Assembly: GCF_052425735.1 (NCBI RefSeq)
Contig: NC_135760.1
Location: forward strand, 29,388,001 to 29,452,000
Origin: Oculina patagonica
Taxonomy: Eukaryota
Reading direction: 5' to 3'
Length of the DNA: 64,000 nt
Below, in pieces: positions 49,201-61,200 of this stretch. Within the stretch, counting starts at the first letter, position 1. The number at the start of each line of letters is the position of its first letter. The notes beneath the pieces are model-generated. The model did not search any database. It was given only the letters and a program-made list of their open reading frames with translations, and was not told the origin of the DNA. The position numbers and the translations under genes are program-made.

Positions 49201-52200
49201 TAAGGTTTTGCTGCAGAACATGCTTCAATGTTTGGGCGTAAAAAACAAACACAACGACAAACAAATGGCAAAGAAACAACACCATACACAATACACACAC
49301 AAACAGCAAAACTATGTTTTTATCATTACTGTTGCAAAGTAAGATTCTGGTTCCTTCCTCTCGCACAGGATCAATGTGGCCTCCCGATACACGAATTCAG
49401 TCTTATGAGTGAAAAAGGATAAAGGTACTACAGTATCTACACTGCAACTGCTCCCCTTGACCTCCCCTTGTACGTTGATGGAAAGTGTAACAGAAGCTAC
49501 TGTTGAATAACTGACTGACTGATTGAAAAATCTGTGCTTCTTTATCTGTACGCACTTCTACATGTAATCTATATTCAAATTGTTTATGGATGACGCCCAT
49601 ATTTAATTTTTTGCCAACATTTTTCAAGTTAGCCGTTCGCAATTTGTTTCAATATTCCTCATTAATTGTGACTTAAGAGGTAACACTTCAAGTAGATAAT
49701 AAAGATTTTACTAAATCTTACTATTTTCTCAAGTGATAAAGCCTTAGAGTTTACATGACGTCTCTCCAGAGGCACCAATCGATCAACGTAGTTAGCCAGG
49801 AGCATGTCAGTAACATGCATTCGAAGCCACGTGGGACTACACGTCTCCAAAAACCGCTTTAGTGTAACCTCGCTTTCATGGAGCCGGCCACAGGCCAGAT
49901 ACAGTTCGGTCACAAAGGTTCGCGAGCGTTCACTCAACCTGGTGGCCAGATCTTCTTCGGTACACTTCATGGAAACGAGGTCACAAAGAATGAAGCATTT
50001 AGCTGCCATAGCAACAACACTTTGAAGAGTTTGCAAGGCGGTAATCTGAAGAAACAAAAGTATCAACTTTAGATGCATTTTCCCGGGTGAAACCTGGGTC
50101 AACCTTCTTGCCTTGTTATGGTTTAGGAACGTACACACCGACATATTATATTCGCGATAAAATGTTTACGCCAACTGCGAGCTTCGGCCAATTTACTTGT
50201 GAAGCTCGACGCCATCGGGATCGTTTTTTTTTATACAAAATTTTTACAAAGAAATCACTGATATCCACACCTAGAGCAGGAAGTTTGGCAAGCTGACACG
50301 GATTTTATTCACAATTGCAAACATTTTGGGAAAAAGTAAGAAGATTGCCATTATTTGTCAGACTTCCACGCATTGTACAGTCCCCTATGCAGCTGTTATT
50401 AGGGTCGGGGAGGACAGTTGGGTTGGGTCGGGGAGAAGCGTTCAGTGAAGACCCAAATTACGGCTTGAGGAACCCTAGCCGTGATTGAAAATGGAATGAT
50501 TTTGCTGATAGGTCGGAGATCAAAAGATGGGGCGTGAAGAGGAAAATCTCGTCAGATCTTTTGTAAATAAAACTAAATCTAGATAAAGTTTGGTTGCATA
50601 CATATGTTCAAACTATAATTTAAGAATTTTTTAACTTAACATTACATACTATACCGTATTCAGACCATCTACACACAGATAAGCAATCCATCTTAACGAC
50701 AAGCTCTCACGGCTTTGCTTTCTTTCCGATTAATGAGCACTTGTCAGGGGCGGATCCAGGATTTTTCAAAGGGGGGTGGCTGTTTACCAAGATTTTTTTT
50801 ACTATCTTTTTAAGCTCCAGGTTTTTTATGGGGGTGGGGGATGGGGTATCAGGCTTTTAGACAGGTTTTTGAAAGTGGGAAATCGAAATTATTTCGGGCC
50901 TGAGACCCATGTTTCATGGGGCCGTAGGCTCCTTTCCCTAGTGGGGTATGGGGGCATGCCCCCTCAGAAAATCTTGAAAAATTGAAGCCTGTAAGACGTA
51001 TTTCCCATCTGAGCAGCTTTAAACAACTTTCAATTAAGTTATTAAACCGTTATTTGGCAAAATTATTCTTTCCTCAACTTACCTTGAATTATAATTTGGG
51101 ACAGAAACTCTAGTTCTTATGAAAGTGATTGAAATTTGAAGTTGACAAGCCACGAACTTACACGAAAGAACAGATATGCGTTGTTTTGCTCCCCCACGTG
51201 CGTGGAAATTTTAAGCTCTTGGCAAAGTGGCCAAGGGAATTTTGGTAAGTGAGTTTTTAGAACAGCGGTTTTGCTTGCGAAGAAAACGGTAAGAAAACCG
51301 CGTAAAAGATTAATATGAAGAAGAAAATCATGCCAGCAAGGCTAAAACAACTCTTGAAAGGTAAAATGTTTTAAAATTATACACAAATGTTTTGTTACAT
51401 TAAACACAGAAGTTCGTAAAACAGGCTGTCGAAAATCTCCTATGTTGGAAAAGTGGCCGTCCTTAACTTTGAACAGCCGCCTGGCTAAGGAAGGTGGATG
51501 TTAACAAATATGTCAAATTTACTTTAGCTAAAAATATTACCCAGTAACACTTTTTTCACCTTACCCAGTGTCATTGTCCTTATTTTCTATTTTAATGTGT
51601 TTATTTTCATTTTTCTGGTGGATCAAGGGGGGTGGCTAGCCACCCAATCCACCCCCCTGGATCCGCCCCTGCTTGTTACTCACCTGAGATGGATCGTCGC
51701 GTGATGAACAAGCCGCGCTCCAAGTGACCCTGAACAGCTCACGCAGTCGAGTGTTAAAGGAGATTGATGAAGGTCCCGGCCAAAACATTCGCCACAGCAG
51801 TGAATTTTTCAGGCAATTTAATTTTTCTCTAGGAGTGGTTGAAACGCTGTAAAAATAGTGAAAAATTATAAAAGGCTAACAACGGTTGGCATGCAACGAT
51901 TTCGGCATTATTTCATGTAAGAGGTTCATAAAACTATTAATATTGTTGCGCGCGTATTTCTAAGCTTGGCACCGATTTTAAAACAGCTTTTGCCTTCTAG
52001 TTCTTATTACCTTAAGGTTACTATTGTTAGCGGCTACTAATTTTAGCGATTTTAGCGAGTTGGGCAAAAATCGCCAAATTTAGTGCTCGCTAAAATTTGT
52101 TTCGGTCAACTTTAATACTTGCTCAATTTAAATACACCCCTCCCACCCCAAAGGGAAACAAAATTAAGCATAGTCGACTTAAAAAATTCTTTTAAAAATA

Positions 52201-55200
52201 GACGCCGGTAACTTTGTTCTTTCTGTAAATGCAAATGTTCGCTCAATTTCAAGTGAGTTTGTTCGTTTCTGAACATTTATTTCCATCTTAGCTATATGTT
52301 CATTAAAAACTGGTTTACACGATATCACTAACTTTTTAATTTTTTCGGAAAATCGCTAAATTAAATAGTCGCTAAATCTTGCTCTAAAAAAATCGCTAAA
52401 ATTAGTAACCTTAAGGTAGTTCACAGTTAGGATGATCCAGGGTTCGCAATTTATGCTCGCAAACTCGCAAAATGAAATGAAATGTTTTTCCGAGTTTGCG
52501 AGCAAAAAAGGAATCCACTAGGAAACATTTGTGGTGAAACATTCGCCATAATCTACTTGCCGCAATCGTTTCTTTTATTTCGTTTCATTCTGTGTTTCCT
52601 TTAGTTTTTTTTAATATTTGTATACAGTAGAACCCCGGTAACTCGAACTCTGAAGCGAAACGAAAAACCGTTCGAGTTAGCGGGGTTGTTCGAGTTATCC
52701 GAGTTCGAGTTACCGGGGTTCTACTGTAGTTTTCTCTTTCTGTTTGATTTTGTTACAGCTCCAATACCTAACTCTAGACATATAAACCGGTAATTCAAGA
52801 TTGCATAAACCGGTAGTACAAGATTGCGCAAAGGAATTAGCCCGCTTTGCGGGATTACGACACTTTTACCTCCCACTCTACTCTAGTTGCTTTACAACAT
52901 CTCGCGATCTTTAAAAAGCAATATATTTATCAATTTATTTAAAAAAAAACTAGTCTTTATTATTTTCACGAAGCTTTGGCTACTGTAAAGAAATTAAGCT
53001 ACTAAGTGGCATACCAACTACTTGTACATTCGTAGAAATCCTGCTCCAGTAAGGTGGTTACAAACCGAAGTACAAGCAGGCTGTTCTCATCTTTGTTACT
53101 GAAAATAAACGAGAAATGTTTTAGACATCATAAAATTATAGACATCATCAGGGGTCCATGTAGAATTGCCGCACACAAGCAAAAATTATTCTTATACTGA
53201 GATAACCACAAGTGTTTTAGCCGTTCTGTGTAACACTGGTTAGAGTACTGTATATCGGAAGTTGACGAATTTCCAGTCCAAAAGGGAGTTTATAATTTGA
53301 AACTGGAAAATGATGTTTGGAAGACAGTCCTAGGAGAGTGTTTTAACATGATCATAGTAATGTATTGCCACTAAAAGATCCTAGGAAAACACAAGCTATT
53401 GTTGCAAAAGGAAACTTCCAGTTGTACTTGCTAATTGGGGACTTTTACCTGCAGATTGTTTTCATAAAGTCCCAACTGTCTCCCTCTTCTGACAAACCAC
53501 CGTCCCCCGTATACAATCCGAGCGCGGCCTGGTACAGAGAAGGGTTCTCAGATGGTTTGTGTAGGACAAGAAGACGCTGAAGTAACACGAAAGCTTTGAT
53601 GGCCTGGGCACGAGACGGAGATTTCTGAAACACAAAGAATGAAAGGGTAAAGACATTGTCCGTTGACCAGCTGTTATTTCAAGCCCTGGACTAGAATGCT
53701 GTCCGAGGGATCACTGCGGCCTGAAAATGTTGAAACAAGACGCTTAAAGCTTAATGCTTAAAACCGAGCGGTTAATGTTTAACTACCTCATTAGGCAAGT
53801 ACAGCAAAAACTTTTAAAATACCATTTAATTTATATCGAGTAACACGCAAGTCTGTGGATTGTTTGTCCATGCTTGGACAAATTCCTGCTTAGGCTTTCA
53901 AATATTTATTTTTTTCTGAATACTGAATAACCTAGGTATTGAAAACGTTTTGTGTGCAATCTTGAATAAATGAACTCGAACCAGTTAAATGGCAGTACAA
54001 ATGATCTCCGAACAAAACAAACAAACAATTAGAAAGATTTCGATAAAAACTAAGAAGCGTTTTTAAACATTTTTAAAAATGCATCACACCAAAAAAATGG
54101 GAATAAGAACAAGATAAGAAAGCTTTTTAGCTTTCAAACATGCAAGCTCTTCACGTCAATTTTGGGAAGCAGTCACGCAAACGCGAGTTCTTGATTGCGT
54201 GGTTCATTGCAGGTCATTTCTCCATCGCCGTTCGGTTCCGACTGAAACTCAAAAACCTTGAATGAAAAACAAAAAAATATATATTTCATATCTCTCGCTT
54301 AAAAGAGCGGAGTAACCAGAAAATTACAGTATTGGCTCCTGCTCGAATAAAACAAGTCACATAAATAATAAAAAAAACGAATAAAACGAGTCAAATATCA
54401 AGAATAACAGAAAAACTTCTAAACAAAATTACAAAAGAAAATAAAAAGACTAAAAAAGATCACACGTATTAGATAACAGATGCTGTTAAAAATCCCAACT
54501 AAATGTGAAAAAAAGATTCAAGATGAGGCAAAGAAACATTTGAATTGCATTAAAAAATTTTGAATCATTAAAAGCTGTGAAAATAGCATGCCGTGTAAAA
54601 TTTAATTAATTATACGCGCCAAAGGGCAAGTTTTCATTTTTGCCGTCTATTATTTCACATGATGACTTTACCGATTTAAATTCCATTCTAGTTTGAAGAA
54701 ATTATTTTATTATTACTTTGCATTTTCATTTTGTTTTCTGAGTTCTTGAAAAGTGTGCAAGTAAAGTTTTTACATCAAGAACATAATAAGGTTCTTTTGT
54801 TGTGTAAACATTCAATTCGTCTGTGACACACGGCTTTGTCGGCCCAACTGTACACGGATGGAAGTGGACAAAATGGACACAATTCTTGCTAAATGAAAAA
54901 CATTTTAAAAGTAGAGTCTGGCCCAAAAATGCTTTGGCTACCAGCCGTTTTTAAATGCAGGAGCTTGCTGCAAAAACATTGCGTGACTGATGTAAAAAAG
55001 CTTCGACCTGTCGAAACAATCTCCAGTACTCGCTTGAGTCGAACGCTTGAATAAAAACACAAAAATGTATTTTTCACGTTGAACAGAAATCGGGTTATTA
55101 GATAAAATTTTAATTTCTCCTGCTGAATAAATATCAAAAGTGCGGGATTTGAATCCTGGCCAAGAAAGTGGCCGAGTGAACTACTACGACAAATAACGCA

Positions 55201-58200
55201 AATATCTATGTGTATTAAAAACATCACACGGTGCCTCGATCTATAAATAGATGGCGTGTTCGTTTCAAAAGCCTAAAAAGGCAACTAATATCAACGTGAA
55301 AAAATGAAAGAAACATGAAAAAAGTTTTAGATGAATCTTTATTCAAGATGGGGTCAGGAAACATTTTAAAAGGCAAAAAGATTTAATAGAAAATTTGAAA
55401 ACCGTGAAATTTTGCATGCCGTGGTAGAATTTAATTACATGTATTAAATTACCCGCGCAAAGATTTCATTTTCATTTTGCAGACCATTTGTTTTACTTGC
55501 TGGCTTTACGGATCCTTTCACAAATACCATCATAGTTCGTAGAAATACTATACATTACCATTTCGTTTACTGAAGTCTTGGGAAGTGTGCAAGTAAAGCT
55601 TTTACATCAAGAAACAAAATAAGATTATTTTGCTGTGCAAACATTCAATCCTCTCTGATACGCGACTTTGCCAGTTCAACTGTGCACGGATGAAAATGGA
55701 CATAATTCTTCCTATTTAATGGAAACATCTTCAAAGTATTCCGGCTCAAAAATGCTCTGGCTACCAGCCGTTTTTTTTTAAGCAGTTATGCGTAAAGCTT
55801 GCTGCAAAAACATTGCGTGACTGGCGTAGCGGTTTAGAGCTGTCAAAACAATCACCGGTTTCGCAATCCAAACGCTTGAATAACACAAAAATATATATTT
55901 CACGCTTAACAGAAATCAGGGTTTTAGATAAAATTTAAAATAGAAGAGTGATTTAATAGCCGGGTTTAATAGCTCCTGCCGAATCAAAAGTTGCGTGATT
56001 TGAATCCTGGCCAAGGAAGCGGCCGAGCGGGTCTGGAACGATTTACCGACACGACAACGACAAAATTCCGGGCGATTTATGAACCGGGCCGGCCCAGTCT
56101 CCGCCCGGTTAAAAAACCCCCGCTTCGTTTGTCTCGCTCTTTACTTTGCCAAAGCGCTGTTTTCACCTAAACGTCCTAAAGCAATGGGAACCTCGTATGC
56201 AAGTGACAGAAAATGAAAACTTAATGTGAAATTGTCTGTATTATTCCAAAAGTTTTACCGTTACGAGGCTGTCACAACTTCCTTGTCATATTCAATCTGT
56301 TCGTTGTTGCTGTTTTTTTTTTCTTCAACTCAACTTATCCGATTTTATATACAAAGAGTGATGTCGCCCATGCACAGATAAAAAAAAACAAGCTAACAAA
56401 ACCCCCTCAGGCTCTTTTTGGATTTCAGTGACACTTGATGTAGCAACTACAAATACGTTTGGTAATTATTTCTTTGCTTTTGTTTTTGTCAATAGTGAAT
56501 ACGTTTACATTTGTAGTGATCCGAATTCTAAAGTGCGAAAAACTGTTGTAGTTTGCCAGCGCGAGAGACGTTCAACATTCCATATTAAAGACGTAACGCT
56601 ATGGCGACTCGGTATGTAACAACTTCTGTAGCCTCTTTTGTGGCAAGAAAAATGAAAGCACGGAGTTTCTCAGCTAAAAACAGTGGACTTAAGCCGCGAT
56701 AAATTTTGTTCAACTTACCAACAGCAGATTGTGTGTGATGGTGTTCAGTAGAGCTGACGGAGGGTACCTCTGTGATGTCAGAAAAGAGCCAATAACACCC
56801 AGTACTGTGAACTTGTGGGATTCTTCCAGATAGCCTTCTATTGAATCACCAATGTACCCAGGAAACTCACCACGATCACACACCTACAGAAAAATGTGCA
56901 GTGTAATATAACATACTTACATACCATGTAATCTGATTTGAAATTGGCTTGGTGCAAATTACAGTTTTTCAGCAATTTAAGTTTGATTTCTCCAAACACT
57001 AAAAAAATCTGTAATTTTTTTCACTGCCTTTGACAAGGATTTACAGGCAATGTAATATTATGGAAAATTTAAACGTATGAGTGAGTGCATGATTTACAGC
57101 CAGGACGCGGGAAGGCTTCTTCTGCTGATTTGCTGTAAATGCCCTGTTTACAGCAAACCAGCACTGTAAGTAACAGGAATGGTTCTTTGAGTCGGCAGAA
57201 ATCTCGCTTCAAATGCTGCTGCTGCTGCTGCTGATGATGATGATAACCTTTATGTAATCAGGATAGGTTTAAAGCTTCAAGTTTGTGGAGTTGTGTCAAA
57301 TTATTCCAATTTGAAAACAAATTACATAACATTAAATCTCAGCCCAATTCATACTGGTGATGTATAGGAACCTATGAGCAAACAATCAGAGACACTAGAA
57401 TGATTTTTTTTCAGAGCCACATCTACATTATTAGGATGGCATTTTTTAAAGGTACAGTTTACAGTGTAGGAGGACAATATATTGAGCAGTTCAAGGTTAC
57501 TCAGGTTAAGCAGTGCAAGGAAACATGCATCAAAACAGTCATCAAAATGATACAACAGATGTGAGCATGTACAGGTGGCAAACTAGCTGGGACAAACTTT
57601 ACCTTGTTTGTATTTGAGCCACACAAGCTGGATACTGCTCTCCACCTGTCCACACAGCTACTAAGTCCCACCAACTTGTCATCCTAAAATAGGATTAGAG
57701 CGAGTTTCATTTGAGTGTTGAAAGTAATTCACATTTGCTCTGGTTCTGCTTTAAGTGACATGGTTAAAAAAAAAAACCCGAGCCACTTTCTCGACTAATC
57801 AGAAGTTAAAACAAAAACAAATCGCGACTTCCCAACACACTTTTTATATGTATTTGCATTGAGCTTTGATTGGTTCACTGGATTCTTTGTGTCCTTACTA
57901 ATAACTTTGGTTTTGGTTAGTTTAACAATGTTTTATAAATTATTCTGGAAAACCTTAAACAACTTATTAAGAAGCATGTTGCTGACAGTGTTGACTTTTA
58001 ACAGGTTATGTTGTCTGTAAGTAAAATATTAAACTTAACAAATTTTTGCAGCACTAGGTAAATTAGATCTGAGGAGTAACCTTCCCACTTTTCCTCAGGT
58101 AAAGGAATAAATTTCCAAGTGTCTGATTGATTGATTTATTGATTGAATTTGTATGTGAATTTGTACATGGATATCAATTAATTATTTTAATACCAGTTTC

Positions 58201-61200
58201 CGTTTCTTGTTTGGAGATTCTGAAGTACACAAGAGTTCCGAGGATGCCTTTGACCTTTTGGAAGTTACCATAGTACCATTTTCTTTTCCAGTAGAAAATG
58301 ATGGTTTTGCTTTCTTGGAAGTTAGCAAAGGGTCATTCTCCTTTCCAACACCAGGAGAAGTTGACACAGTGCCATTCTCCCTTCCAATACAGGAGAAAGT
58401 ATTTGATCTTTTGGAAGTTGATATGCCACTGTCATTTTCCTTTGCCTTTTTGGAAGTTGATATGCCACTGTCATTTGCCTTATTTTTGAAAGTTGATATA
58501 CTGCTGTCATTTGCCTTTCCAACTCTACACTGAATGCGACCAGTGACCTCTGTGGTAGAACTGCCTAGAACAGGAGTGTTCTTGGACCTACCAACAGTCC
58601 TTCGAAGTTTCTCAGTTGTCGGGTTATTGACTGGTGAGCTGTAGGCTGAAATAAGAAATGCCTCAACGGCAGGAGGAGGATCCTAGTGGACAAACAAAAG
58701 AACATTGAATAAACATACAAGAAATGTACATGTTTAATATACATGTATGTGCCTACCCACACTTTACTATTTTTAGGGCCAATTAAATTTAAGAAAATAA
58801 ATGTCTTCTGATCAACGTTTAAAGATTTTCAAGGTACACATAATAACTAAACCTTGCACTGGTCTTTACCTACATGTATATTTTATATAGAAATATTTTT
58901 ATCCCACCTGAAGTATGAATTCTGGAATGTAATCAGTTGACAGACATTTGACTCCTGCACTCTGAAGAGCTTGCACATCCTTTTCAAGTGCTTTCTCCAC
59001 AAATACATGTGTGAGCTTGGAAGCAAGGCAGGCAGAGTATGGCGGCTTTCCACTTACAAGGACTGCACAACCTACCTCTAACAACCTAACAATGACAACA
59101 AGGGAAATCACACCTATGAACCAGTACTATACATTATCATATTTCAAACATTTCTACATTATGTATGTATGCCAATGACATGGCTGTTCTTGTTTTTTTC
59201 TGTCACCAGTGCAGTACAGGTGGAGGAAGTTATAGAAACCTATCTGTTCACTTGGTACTTAATCTCCTAAAGACACAAATAAATGTCTTTTTTTTAGAAC
59301 TGGACACAAATTATTAGAGTTTTTTGCAATCCACTTTGCTCCTGTATGGGGTTGGGCAAATTGGGTCAGTGTTAAAACTGTATAAAAGCCTTCTTAAGGT
59401 AAAGTCTGCTGTCGAGCCAAGTACATGTATCTCATCAGGCCGGAGCTTATCCCGGTTTAAGTAGCATTAAGCCGCTAGGAGTATTTACACTCCCCCCCCC
59501 CCCTGGATGGGATGCTAGTCCATCGCAGGGTAACCTCCCAAGCAGTAAATTCGACAGTACCCATTTTTACACCTGGGTGGAGAGAGGCACAATGAGAGTA
59601 TTAAAAGTGTCTTGCCCAAGAAAACCAAGCAATGCCCCGGCCAGGCCTTGAACACGGACCGCTCGATCCAGAGTCCAGCACACTAACCATCTGGCCACCA
59701 TGCCTTCCATATAAAAAAGAAAAGAGTCTCTTAACTACATGTATGCAGACCAACTGTATACCGTATTCATTTGATTAAGCGCCCTGGGCGCTTATTAAAT
59801 TTTTTGACCTTGAGAATGGGTGCTTATTCGAGGTAGGCATTTATTCGAGGCTGGAAGCTTATTAAATTTTCACGATATTCAGCAAATAGTAAGTTTATTT
59901 TTGTAACAAAAAAATAAAAAGTAAGACAACGTTAAGGCGTACCAAAGCAGAATTTTTAACTGTTCATTGAAAGTTTCTGTAAAATACTAAAAAACATCGG
60001 TCATGGGGGAAGTCTTCTTAAAAGTTCTAAGTCAATTTCAATAATCAATACTCCTCTTGCGCACTTTAGTTTTTTTGTAGGGTGGGGGTTGGATGCTTAT
60101 TCAAGGCTGGGCGCTTATTAGCTTTTCCTACCCTCAGGGTGGGCGCTTATTCGAGGTGGGTGCTTATTCAAGGTTAGGCGCTTAATCGAATAAATACGGT
60201 AAATGGTTTGGAAAACACTGACACGACATCCAACTGGCATTATGCTTTAAAGCAGTTTACATGTAGTAGACATACGTCCTGTATGCTGCTCTTTTCTTGG
60301 AATCTGCAACAGCCACCAACGCTTTCCAGCCATCAAATGGTCCCCTGTTTTGTTGCAGAATTCTCCTCCAGCGAGAAGGCGAAGACAGATGAGCAGCAGA
60401 AATTCCTTCAGCTGAGCACTGCTCATTCCACTCATATAACTCTTCATCTAACCATTTTCCAGCTTTGAGGCTGTCCTCTATGAACTCTCTCCTTAAAATC
60501 CACTTGCCTACAAATAAATGCAGGTTGACACTTCACATTTTGACTCAAGCTGTGAACTTTTCAAAATCACAAAAATTATACAGGAATACTACACACTTTA
60601 ACTTGATCTGTTTTCATAGACCAAATGGGTCTCACTTTTTATATCTTCTACAGCTTTTTGACATATTTTTTAGAGTTTTGTATGGTACAAGTCCATCCAC
60701 TCCTGACCATCTCCTCCCCTGGCCTGAGCTGCTGGGGTGTGGATGGTCAAGTCCATCTACTCCTGAGCCTCCTGCAGACCCCTGGACTGCTGGGGAGTGG
60801 ATGGTCCAAGGACATCCGCTTCTAACCAGCCTCTTTCCCTGAACCGCTGGGAGTAAATGGTCCAAGTCACCTGCTCCTGACCAGCCTTCTCTGTTGGGTC
60901 GCTAGGGAGTGGATGGTCAGGAGTGGATGCCCTTGGACCATCACACTCATCCTCTTCGCTCCTGTTAGTGGAGCATAAGGCTGCAAAGCATGTACACTAC
61001 ATGTAACAAATATTTAGGCTACAAGGCTTTTCTGAACATACCTGTACTTGAACTTTCAGTCTTCGGTCTCCCCACCCCCTCCCCCTTTTACAGCTATTCC
61101 TGGTACCGGCAAATGTAAAGCTATTCTATAAAGTATTTACCTGATGCACAGCCACAAAGAAACTTTTCACCTCGACTTGGTTTTCCACAGACAACATGTG

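Larger units (their letters stand above)
41354..50740. repeat. ~4.7-kb direct tandem duplication (41354-46103 / 46104-50740), probably an assembly artefact
   Basis: Both units start atcggacatttggctc and end gattaatgagcac. The second is 113 nt shorter, mostly through scattered 1-nt deletions. Confidence 0.9.
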
